From IMG/VR virus record IMGVR_UViG_3300031413_000569: a stretch of 64,000 bases of DNA. One strand, written 5' to 3'. This DNA is from a virus. Below the pieces are notes generated by a model. The model searched no databases, was not told the origin of the DNA, and saw only the letters and a program-made list of their open reading frames with translations. This document shows positions 17,881-28,238 of the stretch, piece after piece. A program made the position numbers and the translations under genes. Position 1 is the stretch's first letter. The number at the start of each line of letters is the position of its first letter.

Positions 17881-20357
17881 CAGGCTTTACCTCCATCAAA
17901 GCCAACAGCACCTTTAGTGAAGTTGGGGTGAATCAGACCAATGCAGGCGTAAGGTAAATCAGCTCTTTCTTCTACCTCAACACCACGCTGTTCAGCCAAC
18001 AACAGGATGTGCTTCAAGCCAGCTTTGTCTTCAGGGCGAACAAGAATTCTCCAAGGAACACGACGAAGAAGAACTCGGGTTGTCTCACCAACACCAGGCT
18101 TTACCAAGTTGACGTTGTTAATACCGTATTCATCACTGACTTTAGATACCATCTTCCATCCAGACCAGTCTGGTTCTGCAACTACATGGCTGGAAGCAGC
18201 AACAGCACTTGCATTGAACAGCTCCTCAGTGAATTCAGCAGTGATAGCATCAATGAACTGATTCGACACATCATTGCCAGCGAACTCTTTGTAGAATTTC
18301 GCACCATGGAAGTCATTCTCGCCAATGAAGTCCTCATTGAGTACTGTCCGGGACACTAAACCAGAAACGGTGGAGTTTAGGCAAGCAGAAGGAATGAGAT
18401 AATCCTCACGAGTTCCGTAGATACGCACGCAAGAACCGGGGTCAGCCAAAACTGCCAGCTCAGAATCAAAATGAATACCTGTGCGAGTTTCGAACTCAGC
18501 AAGAGCATCACTGAGTTCTTTTGTGATAGCACCCTTACCTGTCCAACCATCGACAAACAGAACATCTTCTGGGTTGTGGTGAGCAGCAATATACTTCAAA
18601 GCATTGTAATCAATACCTTTACCTCGGACAATGCTCACAGCGTAATGAGGCACCTCATGGCGGTAGGCACTTTCAAGGTACCGCTTCATGAGAACTCCAA
18701 CAGGAGTTCCAGCACGGGCTAAGGAAACAAGAACAGGGTTACCTTTTTTCAAAGTGAAAGCCTGCTCGGAAACAAGACCAATTGCTTCCGCTAAACGCTT
18801 TTTGTTCTCCTGAAGAGACTCAAAGAACAGTTCCTGGTATTCAGCAGTAGGCATGTACTCTACAGGCAAAGACTCAGCATAGTGAGCTCCGCCTGACTGG
18901 ATGGCTTCTTCTCGCTCTTCAGTGGGAGCTTCCAATTCAGCATTGGACAAATCTTTCAACAGCCAAGAAACATCTTCTGCTTTGTAGGAACCAAAACCAG
19001 GTCCATGCAAAGGAGTAGGGAGGCCGTTAGTGTTCAGTTTTGCTTCAAGCAATTCAACAACTTTCGTTCGGGAGGTTAATGCATCGGTCAACTCATGGAT
19101 GCGAGCAGTGCTGGCTTTTCCATCAGTGATGATGATAATACGGTCGAAATCAGTACCAATGTTGTATGCAAAACGAGGGGCAACATCGTCAGCAACGTTG
19201 TACTTCACTCGGTCTTTGATTGCGTAACTTTCATCAGGGTAAGCCACAACAGGTGAGCGTGTTGCTGATGAGAAGTAAATCAAAGATGAATCAGTAACAG
19301 ACTTCTGCAGTTCATGACCGAACAGCAACGAGAAGTACATGTCTTCTTCGATGCCAAGGATGAGAACTTTTTCATTATTGACAGGAGCAGCGACAGAAAT
19401 AAGGGCTTGAGCCTGCTGCCTCATACGCCACAGAGTCATTTCTGAAACACCTAAGCTAAGAGCAGGTGCTGCTTTTTCATACTGGCGAACAAACACCTGT
19501 CCATGACGTGAACCAGAGAAATCTGATTCAGGTAAGGATTTGATTTTCTCAATGATGGGTTCAGCTTTTTCAACTGAATCGACAGGAACATGAAGCTCAG
19601 CTGAGATTAGAGAAACAACATGGACTTTGATACCCATTTCTTTTTCAAACTCGACAAACTTCTCAACAGATTCGTTCGTACGCAAATCAGTCAAAGTCGC
19701 AATGTAGTACTCATTGTGATGGGCGTGACTTTCAAACAAACGGATGGTGTTCATGACAGTGTTACCCGTTGTCAGTTCATCATCAACCAAGACAATTTTA
19801 CGGTTGGGGTTGTTCAGCAATTTCACATCAGCAGGCGTGATGTGGTGTGCTGTTGCATGAGAATGCTCTTCGTCAAATCCACCGTACTCAACAGAACCCG
19901 CGACTGGGTAACGTGTCGAGTGAATGTAGTCAGCTTCCAGGACTTCAGCAACAGAAGCACCCAAACTTGTTGCTGTCTCAGCATAACCAAACACTGTCAA
20001 GTTGTTCACGGAGAAGGAAAGCGTTGTTGGTGAATCAGGGTTCTCTTCAAGCCTTGTGTCACGACCATCCAGAATAGCAAGAAGCTTAGCCCTTGTGATT
20101 CGTCGGGTCACGTCTGCATCATAGCCTCTGTCAGCGTACATGTCGTGACGGTAAATCTGCTCTGCCAGCATGCGTGCTGCTGCCAAAATGACATGAGGAT
20201 GCTGAGGAATGTGCTTACCTAGAACAGTAGACACCAAAAGATGGGCTCGCTTTTTGTTTTTGCGTAGAGCAATGCCAAGAAGTTGCTCGAAACCTGACGC
20301 GTCAGGTGCTTCAATGTCGAGTTCTCGGGAAACAAATTCGCCGTTCCATACTGTCAT
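17880..20357 (-). CDS. Ter-associated fusion: phosphoribosyltransferase + TRSP + StiP-like/PELOTA-like domains
   Basis: RKNKKRAHLLVS.VLGKH, LVDDELTTGNT, SLARAGTP, FVDGWTGKG, DYLIPSACLNSTVSGLVSR, KPGVGETTRVLLRRVP. Confidence 0.88.
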   Translation of the reverse strand: MTVWNGEFVSRELDIEAPDASGFEQLLGIALRKNKKRAHLLVSTVLGKHIPQHPHVILAAARMLAEQIYRHDMYADRGYDADVTRRITRAKLLAILDGRDTRLEENPDSPTTLSFSVNNLTVFGYAETATSLGASVAEVLEADYIHSTRYPVAGSVEYGGFDEEHSHATAHHITPADVKLLNNPNRKIVLVDDELTTGNTVMNTIRLFESHAHHNEYYIATLTDLRTNESVEKFVEFEKEMGIKVHVVSLISAELHVPVDSVEKAEPIIEKIKSLPESDFSGSRHGQVFVRQYEKAAPALSLGVSEMTLWRMRQQAQALISVAAPVNNEKVLILGIEEDMYFSLLFGHELQKSVTDSSLIYFSSATRSPVVAYPDESYAIKDRVKYNVADDVAPRFAYNIGTDFDRIIIITDGKASTARIHELTDALTSRTKVVELLEAKLNTNGLPTPLHGPGFGSYKAEDVSWLLKDLSNAELEAPTEEREEAIQSGGAHYAESLPVEYMPTAEYQELFFESLQENKKRLAEAIGLVSEQAFTLKKGNPVLVSLARAGTPVGVLMKRYLESAYRHEVPHYAVSIVRGKGIDYNALKYIAAHHNPEDVLFVDGWTGKGAITKELSDALAEFETRTGIHFDSELAVLADPGSCVRIYGTREDYLIPSACLNSTVSGLVSRTVLNEDFIGENDFHGAKFYKEFAGNDVSNQFIDAITAEFTEELFNASAVAASSHVVAEPDWSGWKMVSKVSDEYGINNVNLVKPGVGETTRVLLRRVPWRILVRPEDKAGLKHILLLAEQRGVEVEERADLPYACIGLIHPNFTKGAVGFDGGKA

Positions 20358-21521
20358 TTAGAGTTCAAACCTTTCAAGGAAGTCAACAAAATCAATGTCT
20401 GCGTTGCTTACACCGAACATTCTTGCTCTGTTCAATGTTTTGCGAGCCCAAGCAGCATGCGGCTTCACTTCATTCATCTTGTTGCGGTACACGGAAGCGT
20501 AAGCTCCACCTCCACCGTTATCCTCTTTCAGAACATCAGTTGCGTCACTGTACTCTTCATGAGAAACGACCAGCATGGAATGAACCATGCTGATGTGGCT
20601 TGGGTGAATTACTGTCTTACCTGTAATGCCGTTAATCTTGTCCAGCTGGATTTCCTGCAGGAATTTGTCATAACCTTCTGTGAGAAGTTTTGCTCGGAGA
20701 GCTTTATCTTCAGAGAACAGGCTTTCGCGGAGCATAGGCTTGAAAGTTCGTTCAGCTGGGGCAAAGTGTTCCCACACTGCACCTGTAATAACGTATTCGT
20801 CATCAGCTCTACCAAGAACATTCACAATGTCAGCAATCGCAGATGCAACCACATGGACATCATACACAGTGAAGTCTCGTGAGCGTCGCAGACCGTAAGC
20901 AGAAGACATGTCTGTTGCACCGATTCGGACAGCTAACAAGTTGTCCCTGGAGCCGGCTAAGACGTTGGAGATACCTGAAAGAGTTGCTTTACGGGTTTCT
21001 CTATGAATAATAGAAGGGGATTCCAGGACTGGCATGTAGTAAAGGTTAGTGGATTCAATCTTGTTTACTTCCTGAAGTAACCCTACGAACTCTGCAGCTC
21101 TGTCAGTCAGACCATCAAACTTAGGGAACACAAAACCTGTCACAACGCCAAGCAGACCTGTGTTCTGTGAAGCAATTTTGTAGAAATGTTCAGGTGAGCG
21201 AGGGCGAACAAAAACAAGAGGAAGCTCGTCCATGTTGTCCAGTTTGTTTAACTCAGTAAGCAGGACATGCAACTTACCTTCTGCCTCTTCAACTCTTTCG
21301 TCAGGAATGGAGTCTTCCAAGCATACAACAACGCTGGTTGCATCACGTTTACGCATTTTCTGCAAATCTTTGAAAAGCTCAGGACGAGTTGCAGGAATGT
21401 ACAAAGTAGCACCTAAAGACGCACTCAGTAGACTCTTGTCACTGTTCTTGGTGAAAGAAATGGGTTCACGAAAGAATAACTCGGCAGCATCCTGCTGAGA
21501 AAGGAAATCAAAATGACGCAA
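20358..21521 (-). CDS. HpcH/HpaI aldolase / citrate-lyase-beta-like protein (Ter-associated)
   Basis: LGATLYIPA, CLEDS, MPVLES, RIGATD, GKTVIHPSH, NKMNEVKPH. Confidence 0.88.
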   Translation of the reverse strand: MRHFDFLSQQDAAELFFREPISFTKNSDKSLLSASLGATLYIPATRPELFKDLQKMRKRDATSVVVCLEDSIPDERVEEAEGKLHVLLTELNKLDNMDELPLVFVRPRSPEHFYKIASQNTGLLGVVTGFVFPKFDGLTDRAAEFVGLLQEVNKIESTNLYYMPVLESPSIIHRETRKATLSGISNVLAGSRDNLLAVRIGATDMSSAYGLRRSRDFTVYDVHVVASAIADIVNVLGRADDEYVITGAVWEHFAPAERTFKPMLRESLFSEDKALRAKLLTEGYDKFLQEIQLDKINGITGKTVIHPSHISMVHSMLVVSHEEYSDATDVLKEDNGGGGAYASVYRNKMNEVKPHAAWARKTLNRARMFGVSNADIDFVDFLERFEL

Positions 21522-21531
21522 AGTTAGCCTT

Positions 21532-22254
21532 CTATCTATTCTCTGAGAAGAAACTTCTCAAGCTGTTGTTACCCTGCACTGATGTAGTGGAAGGTGTGTA
21601 TGTTCCAATTCGGAACGTTTCGTGGATGTTGCCTCGGAACTTTTCTGCTCTAATCTCCAAGCAGGATTCGACCACCGACATATACATTACCTCATTAACA
21701 AGGTAAGGCAGAGTTACAGATGTTCCGTTGAGTGTTGCTGCTTCAATGTTCTTTCCTTCAAGAGGGACAGCAATGATGCGTTTGATAGTCTTTAGTGACC
21801 GAAGGCCAATTACAAGCATGCCTCTATGGAATTCTACCACAGGTCGGTTCTTGAACGAAGCAGGAACAATTTCAGGCAATGCAGGTCGAGTTTCACCTGT
21901 CTTGTAGTTCACAACATCTGCAGCGTTGCTCGGCATGGCAGTGGAGTACAGGAACCCTGTAGACCCATCCAGAAGCTCCCAGGCGACGTATGAGACGTTT
22001 GCAAGGGCAAGTGACCCGACTGCTGACTGACGACGGTTAAGTCGCACAGCAGGCTTCTGAGCAGTTAGTACAGTGTTCTCAGTAGCAGCAGGAACGGTAG
22101 GGAGTTTCACTTCCACAGGACCAGTCGGAGGGGTGAGGCTAAGAGAGTTCGTAGTCTGTGTCTCCACAGGACCAGTGGGAAGCTTCTCCCCTACCTTCAA
22201 CCGACGACGCAGATAAACAATATCTGGGCGAGGCTTAGTAAGGTTAGCGGTCAT
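21532..22254 (-). CDS. Ter-cluster hypothetical protein (possibly degenerate TerA-like)
   Basis: Coupled between the TerD-like and HpcH genes; VLTAQKPAVRLNRRQSAVGSL segment. Confidence 0.55.
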   Translation of the reverse strand: MTANLTKPRPDIVYLRRRLKVGEKLPTGPVETQTTNSLSLTPPTGPVEVKLPTVPAATENTVLTAQKPAVRLNRRQSAVGSLALANVSYVAWELLDGSTGFLYSTAMPSNAADVVNYKTGETRPALPEIVPASFKNRPVVEFHRGMLVIGLRSLKTIKRIIAVPLEGKNIEAATLNGTSVTLPYLVNEVMYMSVVESCLEIRAEKFRGNIHETFRIGTYTPSTTSVQGNNSLRSFFSENR

Positions 22255-22805
22255 TAGAGAGCCACCTTGTAAGCGTTAGCAACACCAGACAGACCATCCT
22301 TGAATCCCTGACCCAAAGCTCGGAACTTCCACTCATCACGGTGCTTGTAAATTTCACCAAAAATCATGGCATTGATGGAAAGGTCAGCGTTCGGCAGGTC
22401 GAAACGAGCAATCTCGTTGTTCTCTCGGTCAGCAACACGCATGTAAGCGTTCTTGACTGAACCGAAGTTGCCAGGCTTACGGACATCAGGGTCAACGTAA
22501 ACAATGAACACAATTTTCGCAACAGCTTCAGGAACCAAAGAAAGAGAAACCTCAATCTGCTCCGAGTCATCACCTTCGACGTATCGAACAGCATCATCAG
22601 GAGTTGCCAGCTGGTTGAAGAAAACAAAATGGTCATCACTGAGTGCAAGGTTGTTTGCATCCGTGATAATGGCGGAAGGAACCAGGTCAACCTGGGGTCC
22701 GTTGCTCTGGATGGTGTTCCAACCGAAACCAATGACAAGCTCATTCAGCAAGGGGTTACCCTTGGTGAGGCTGATGTTGGCACCTGCCTGGAGAGATGTA
22801 GACAT
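22254..22805 (-). CDS. terD: TerD-family protein
   Basis: GANISL, GFGW, FVFFNQL, DSEQI.V.L, EIYKHRDEWKFRALGQG. Confidence 0.88.
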   Translation of the reverse strand: MSTSLQAGANISLTKGNPLLNELVIGFGWNTIQSNGPQVDLVPSAIITDANNLALSDDHFVFFNQLATPDDAVRYVEGDDSEQIEVSLSLVPEAVAKIVFIVYVDPDVRKPGNFGSVKNAYMRVADRENNEIARFDLPNADLSINAMIFGEIYKHRDEWKFRALGQGFKDGLSGVANAYKVAL

Positions 22806-22890
22806 TTGTAAGAACCATTCCTAAGTCAAAGCGTTGTTAAGTATGAAGACAGCTTAGCACACTGCCTTGAGAGAATCAAGTCGCAAAGGA

Positions 22891-23376
22891 CTATGGCTGG
22901 TTATTGAAGCGGTTCTCGACAAAGATGGTCTGGCTTGCCAGGTTAGACTTCACTCGTTCATGCATTTCAGTGTTCAGTTTACGAACACTACGTTCGATGT
23001 TCTCACACTGGTCGAGGAGCATTACATCAGCTTCTCCGCCAGGAACCTGTTCATGTGAGGGAAGCTGATTGAAGATGTTCAATGCTGAAGGGATGTAATC
23101 AGTGACTGTAGACTTTAGGATGTACTCATCCTCAGGGCGAATGGGGTAGTCCTTGATGAAGCTATTTATATTCACCAGAAGGTCGCTAATAATTCGCAGA
23201 CGGGAGTAAACGGAAGCTGACAGGATGCCGGAGGATTCCCTCTCGTACCAGTTCAGTTCTTCAATCCATTCAGCTAACTGTTCAGGGAAAGGTGCTGGAG
23301 CAAGGGCTGTTGCGGCGGCTGCAGCAACAGGGTTGTTCTGGTTATCACGGCGACCGCCGAAGATGGACCAAACCAT
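22891..23376 (-). CDS. XpaC-like helical-domain protein (soluble)
   Basis: TVTDYIPSALNIFNQLP...LLDQCENIE...LASQTIFVENRF. Confidence 0.7.
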   Translation of the reverse strand: MVWSIFGGRRDNQNNPVAAAAATALAPAPFPEQLAEWIEELNWYERESSGILSASVYSRLRIISDLLVNINSFIKDYPIRPEDEYILKSTVTDYIPSALNIFNQLPSHEQVPGGEADVMLLDQCENIERSVRKLNTEMHERVKSNLASQTIFVENRFNNQP

Positions 23377-23387
23377 AGTATTACTCC

Positions 23388-23930
23388 TTAGTCATCTGTA
23401 TCAACCTGAGGCGGTTGATGCTTAATCTTACTTTCCCAGTAAAAATTCGTTACACCAATTTTGTGTTCATCTGAATATAGCAGAGCTTGGTTGATTTCGT
23501 CAAGTCGGCGGTTCATCAATTCATAGCTACTAATAACAGTGTGGCCGCTATCTGTAGCTTTTCTGCGAATGAAGAACTCATTTGCAGACATCAGGTAGTC
23601 AGTAAGTATTGCTTTGATGTCACTGGCAGCCTGAGCTGGAATCTTGCCGCTGCTGTACCTTTCTCCGATTGATTTGCTGGTGCTAATCAGGGAGAAGAAC
23701 AGCTTTTTGGCAGTTTCTGGAAACTCTTCCTTAGCCAAAGTACCATACGTTTCCAGAAGGTACAGTGTGTGGTTCAGGAGGTTGTCTCCTGTTAAAGCAT
23801 GAACGGAAACTGCTGACAGCGGTTTAGCTGTGTTCCCTTTAGTCACCTTCTTAGAGCGATGGTAGATGACCCAACCTGTTACCAAGATAACGAGGAGAAG
23901 AATAACTAAAGGTAGTACAAGCCTTGCCAC
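23388..23930 (-). CDS. Membrane-anchored degenerate XpaC-like protein
   Basis: N-terminal TM; ILTDYL...LDEINQAL...FYWESK. Confidence 0.6.
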   Translation of the reverse strand: MARLVLPLVILLLVILVTGWVIYHRSKKVTKGNTAKPLSAVSVHALTGDNLLNHTLYLLETYGTLAKEEFPETAKKLFFSLISTSKSIGERYSSGKIPAQAASDIKAILTDYLMSANEFFIRRKATDSGHTVISSYELMNRRLDEINQALLYSDEHKIGVTNFYWESKIKHQPPQVDTDD

Positions 23931-23961
23931 TGTCAGCAGTTTCCGTTTCTGTTACTATTAC

Positions 23962-25179
23962 TTATCGTCCGATAGCCTGGCGGCTTGTCTCAGATGCTTC
24001 CAATGCACGGGCACGGTCAAGCTGAGGACGGGCACGGTCCAGCTGAGCAGTCAGACCGTCGATGGTCTGAGCCATCGAGTCGTTAGCCTTCTGCTTGAAG
24101 ACATCAATCTCATCCATTGTAGCGAAGATGTTATCGAATGCCTTCTCCAGAGTTGCAACAGCAACACCAGAGTTGACAGCCTGCTCGTGGACACGACCTG
24201 TCTGCTGACGGAGCATGATGGAGGTCTGCTCGATGGTCTTGTTGGTTGCCTCGTTGACAGCATCAATCTGGTCAAGGACCAACTTCTGGGTGTCAAGAGC
24301 CTGAGCAACAACAATGGCTGTCTTCAGAGCGTAGATGGTTGTGGTACGGGCACGGTCAACACCCTTGATGAGTTCGACGTTGTTCTTACGAACAAGCTCC
24401 ATAGCCATGTAACCCTGGACAGAAACAGCAAGCTGTGTCATGAGGTCCTGACGACGCTGACGGATAGCGAACAGCATGTCGCTCTCCATTGTCTGAGAGG
24501 CTTCGATGTTACCAGCCTGCTTCAGACGAGCAACTTCGTTAGTCACTTCCTCGTCAAGCTTCTGAGCGAGGACACTGTACTCATTGAGTACACCCATGTT
24601 GTCCCAAAGTTCCTTCTTCTCCTGCTGGAGAGAAGCGTTGTCCTTCATCAGCTCATCCTGACCAGCAAGAAGAGACTTCACGATGTTGTCAAGCTGAACC
24701 TGAGCGGTCTCGTACTTCTGGAAGTACTTACGAATCTTGTTGCCACCAGGGATGAAGCCAAGAATCTTCTTCACACCTGTAAGGTCAGCAGCGTTGGGAG
24801 TGAGGTCCTCGACGGTGGAACGAAGGGTGGAAAGCGTTCCAGCAACCTTCACTGTAGCGTCACCGCCAGACTTCTTAGCACCACTGAGTGAGGAGGACTT
24901 TCGCTCCAGAAGTCGGCTTGTACCAACACCAGACTTGACAATCTCACTCTGAGCAAGAGTCTGAATGTCTGTCAGCTTCTGAGCGAACTCAGGGGAGTTA
25001 GGGTTGAAACGGGAAAGGTCCTTGACGAAGCTCTTAGCCTGCTGACCAATTTCCAGTTCGCGGTTCTTGTCCACTGACGGAATCATGGAAGGAGCTTTCT
25101 CCTCGGAGACAGTCTCGACAGGTGCAGGGGCACTGAGGACGAGAGCGGTCTCATCCGGGGGAGTAAGCATATCACTCAT
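23962..25179 (-). CDS. telA: Toxic anion resistance protein TelA/KlaA
   Basis: Coiled coil with KYETAQVQLDNI, RRQDL.TQLAV..QG...., KNN.ELIKGVDRA.TTT. Confidence 0.9.
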   Translation of the reverse strand: MSDMLTPPDETALVLSAPAPVETVSEEKAPSMIPSVDKNRELEIGQQAKSFVKDLSRFNPNSPEFAQKLTDIQTLAQSEIVKSGVGTSRLLERKSSSLSGAKKSGGDATVKVAGTLSTLRSTVEDLTPNAADLTGVKKILGFIPGGNKIRKYFQKYETAQVQLDNIVKSLLAGQDELMKDNASLQQEKKELWDNMGVLNEYSVLAQKLDEEVTNEVARLKQAGNIEASQTMESDMLFAIRQRRQDLMTQLAVSVQGYMAMELVRKNNVELIKGVDRARTTTIYALKTAIVVAQALDTQKLVLDQIDAVNEATNKTIEQTSIMLRQQTGRVHEQAVNSGVAVATLEKAFDNIFATMDEIDVFKQKANDSMAQTIDGLTAQLDRARPQLDRARALEASETSRQAIGR

Positions 25180-25281
25180 GGGTTAGTTTGCCTTTCTAAG
25201 CATAAACATTACAGGGAGAAACTGTTTCCCTTTGACGTAGATAATCGTACCACACATCTACGCCAAAGGCAAACACATTTT

Positions 25282-25869
25282 TTAGTCTTCGTCGTCTACG
25301 TTGATACCGAAGTCACGAGCAACGCCACCGAGACCCTGAGAGTAGCCCTGACCAACGGCACGGAACTTCCATTCACCGTTGTGACGGTAAACCTCAGCAA
25401 AGTTCAAAGCACGCTCGCTACCAGCGTCCTCAGAAAGGTCGTAACGAACAACTTCACGACCGGTGTCCTCGTTCACAAGGCGGATGTAAGCGTTCTGAAC
25501 CTGACCGAAGCTCTGGTGGCGGCTCTTACCCTTGAAGATAGAAACAGTGAAGACAATCTTCACAATGTCAGCAGGGATGCGAGTCAGGTCAATAACAATC
25601 TGCTCGTCATCACCATCACCCTCACCTGTTCGGTTGTCACCCTGGTGCTGGACGGAACCGATGGCATCAGCCATCTGACCGTAGAAGATGAAGTCAGCGT
25701 CAGAGCGGACTTTACCTGTGTCAGCCAACAGAATGGCCGAGGCGTCAAGGTCGAAATCTTCACCATCAGTGGAACGAACGTCCCAACCAAGACCAAGACG
25801 TGCAATGGTAAGGCTAGGGTCTTCCTTGTTCAGGGAGATGTTGGAACCTTTTTGGAGAGTAAGAGACAT
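25282..25869 (-). CDS. terD: TerD/TerE-family protein
   Basis: GLGWD, DLDASA, GDNRTGEGDGDDEQI, EVYRHNGEWKFRAVGQG. Confidence 0.93.
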   Translation of the reverse strand: MSLTLQKGSNISLNKEDPSLTIARLGLGWDVRSTDGEDFDLDASAILLADTGKVRSDADFIFYGQMADAIGSVQHQGDNRTGEGDGDDEQIVIDLTRIPADIVKIVFTVSIFKGKSRHQSFGQVQNAYIRLVNEDTGREVVRYDLSEDAGSERALNFAEVYRHNGEWKFRAVGQGYSQGLGGVARDFGINVDDED

Positions 25870-25926
25870 AGTGGTATTTTCTTCTTTCTAAGTTTGCTGA
25901 TTTGTTTACTGAATTTTGATTATAGC

Positions 25927-26511
25927 TTACAGGAAACTACGTGCAGGGTCAACCAGCTTGTTAGCGGTCCTGCCGTTGGTGAACTCACCGATAGCTGTGA
26001 ATGCCCAGCCAGAACCTTCGCGGGTAAGCTTGGCGATGATGTTGGCAGTGTTGTTCTTGGACTCAGCCAGGTTGTAACGAACAACTTCAGCGTTGTTTCC
26101 GCTGGAAGCGTCAAGAACGCGAGCGAAGACGTTAGCTACCTTGTCAAAAGTCTGACCAGAGTAGGAGTTGATGGTGAACACAATGCTCTGCACGTTGGCA
26201 GGAACGCTTGTCAGGTCAACGATAATCTGCTCATCGTCACCATCGCCGGCACCAGTAAGGTTGTCGCCTGTGTGACGGACAGAACCGTCGCTGGAGTTCA
26301 GCTTACCGAAGTAAACAATGTCAGTGTTCTTACCCTGAGCATCGAACAGAAGAGCCGAAGCGTCCAGGTCAATCTCGCCGCCGCCGATGGCACCGAAGAA
26401 TCCACCACGCTTAGCAGTGTCCCAACCAAGACCAAGAATTACTTTACTAAGAGCTGAGCCGTCGTTCTTTTTGAGTGAGAGCGAGTTGCCCTTGCTGAGA
26501 GAGAGTCCCAT
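25927..26511 (-). CDS. terZ: TerZ-like TerD-family protein
   Basis: GLGWDTAK.GGFFG insertion, IDLDASA, GDNLTGAGDGDDEQI, SYSGQTF. Confidence 0.8.
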   Translation of the reverse strand: MGLSLSKGNSLSLKKNDGSALSKVILGLGWDTAKRGGFFGAIGGGEIDLDASALLFDAQGKNTDIVYFGKLNSSDGSVRHTGDNLTGAGDGDDEQIIVDLTSVPANVQSIVFTINSYSGQTFDKVANVFARVLDASSGNNAEVVRYNLAESKNNTANIIAKLTREGSGWAFTAIGEFTNGRTANKLVDPARSFL

Positions 26512-26609
26512 GTGATAGTCAACCTTTCAAGTTGTTATTGGTATAACCTTATCACATTTTCAGCACGAGTCAAATCAGATTGGAGATTTTCATGATTCTT
26601 TCAGAAAAC

Positions 26610-27020
26610 TCATCGAGACAGAATGAGAGTTTCTTTGTCAGTAGGCTGAACTTTACCTGTTCGGACCAGATGCCAGACAGCATCCCGAGCAGTTTCTAAG
26701 TCCACTCCGAAGAAATCACGTGTCCATTCGAACACAACAACCCAGGGTAATTCACCGTACTTACTGATGAACTGAGTAACATTGGTAAGGTTCACTCGGT
26801 GGGAGTCAAAACCTGATTCAGGGAAGAAAGAGAACTCTGAAATAACATGGAATACAGGAGCCATACTTTCTAAAATTGTGCTGGTGACAGGTGTTTTTTC
26901 ACCAGTGATTAGCCACTCTCCAGAATCAGACTTTACCGCCGCTAACCCGTCGAAAAACACTACAGCTTCAGGAGGTAAACTCTCTAAAGCTGATGATGAT
27001 GATAATTGACGGTAGAACAT
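26610..27020 (-). CDS. Hypothetical protein, possible C-terminal winged helix
   Basis: Co-directional ORF filling the gap. Confidence 0.6.
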   Translation of the reverse strand: MFYRQLSSSSALESLPPEAVVFFDGLAAVKSDSGEWLITGEKTPVTSTILESMAPVFHVISEFSFFPESGFDSHRVNLTNVTQFISKYGELPWVVVFEWTRDFFGVDLETARDAVWHLVRTGKVQPTDKETLILSR

Positions 27021-27075
27021 GGTTTGTTCCTTTCCTAAACCTGACCAATATATAGGCCTGTAGCTAACAGAACAG

Positions 27076-27660
27076 TTATCTGAGTTTTAGCTGTTGGTCT
27101 TGGAGAAACTTTGCTCGCAAAAAATCGGTACTAATTTTCAACTCACGGACAGCATCTTCATTACGACCAGCTTTAATTTCTTCAGTTGCGTTCACAAGAA
27201 TATCTAATTGCTCTGCAATTTCTGCAACCACAGTATGCTCTTTTCGAGCTTTAGCAGTCAAAGTCTCATACAGTCTTACCGAAGATGCAAGCTGGTCTGC
27301 AATGAGAAGTAAGTTGTGGTTATCTTCCACCTCTACAGTGCTTGCAGAATAGATTTCTTCAAGACTAGTCAACAGAGTAGAACTCTTTGTTTTTAGATGT
27401 GCAGGAAAACTGGAGTTAGCTAACACTTGTCGAGCTTCACTGAGATTAGATACAAGTTGAGGTTGGAGTTTCTGTGTAGATAATTCAACCTGCTTTCCAG
27501 AAGGGTTCGACTCCAATTCAAATGATTGATTTTTGGCAGTGAACATACGAAGAGTTTTGGTCAGTCGAACACGCTCGCTTGCTGCACCAGTAAGTGTCCC
27601 TGCAGCCAAACCAGCAGACATCATTCCCATAAGGACCATCATTCCAATTAGGGGAGTCAT
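27076..27660 (-). CDS. Membrane-anchored XpaC-like protein
   Basis: TM; LASSVRLYETL...AEQLDIL...ELKISTDFLRAKF. Confidence 0.7.
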   Translation of the reverse strand: MTPLIGMMVLMGMMSAGLAAGTLTGAASERVRLTKTLRMFTAKNQSFELESNPSGKQVELSTQKLQPQLVSNLSEARQVLANSSFPAHLKTKSSTLLTSLEEIYSASTVEVEDNHNLLLIADQLASSVRLYETLTAKARKEHTVVAEIAEQLDILVNATEEIKAGRNEDAVRELKISTDFLRAKFLQDQQLKLR

Positions 27661-28211
27661 GAGATAGCTCGTTTCATTTTAGGAGAATTGCTTTTCAAGG
27701 CTTTGACTGCTTTTCTTTCACAGTCTTTTTTTAGATTCTGAGCCATGGTGCTTACCTCATACCTTCTATCATTCCAGATAGCTTGGCGGTAAGGTTCAGC
27801 ATCATGAGCAGGAGTGCTGTCAGACAAATCAGCGAAAGCGTCAAGGATCAAAAATACTTCTTCAACGAAGACCACACGAGGAACAGTAGAATAGTCTCGT
27901 TCTATACGAGTTGCTTCATGCAAATCTTCTAAAGTAGAATGCGAATAAATGTTAGCCTCTTCCAAAGCATTTAGCACTACAAAAATTTCTTCATACGAAA
28001 TCTTGTCATACCCAACACCCTGTCCAGAAACTTCTCTTCTAATAACAGCATTGATATTTGACACTAACGCAGCCCGAGGTTTACCACTAATGAGTTTACG
28101 CATTCTATCTCGGAAAGGAGTGTCGCTGTTCATCATATAATAATGAGTAGCAACACCTAAGCCGCTGCTTGTTACTATAGAGAAAATGAGATAAAAAAGT
28201 ACCATAGTCAA
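27657..28211 (-). CDS. Membrane-anchored helical protein (resembles 32508-33071)
   Basis: N-terminal TM; overlaps the start of the next gene. Confidence 0.7.
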   Translation of the reverse strand: MTMVLFYLIFSIVTSSGLGVATHYYMMNSDTPFRDRMRKLISGKPRAALVSNINAVIRREVSGQGVGYDKISYEEIFVVLNALEEANIYSHSTLEDLHEATRIERDYSTVPRVVFVEEVFLILDAFADLSDSTPAHDAEPYRQAIWNDRRYEVSTMAQNLKKDCERKAVKALKSNSPKMKRAIS

Positions 28212-28238
28212 AGTCTACAACATTTCTGAGAATGAAGG

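Noticed and set aside
23866-24891. 341-aa plus-strand ORF
   Set aside because: Antisense shadow of telA caused by biased codon usage; no RBS or motif
25381-26457. 358-aa plus-strand ORF
   Set aside because: Antisense shadow across two ter genes
27503-27514. GGTTCGACTCC, tRNA T-loop-like
   Set aside because: Inside a CDS, with no cloverleaf stems around it
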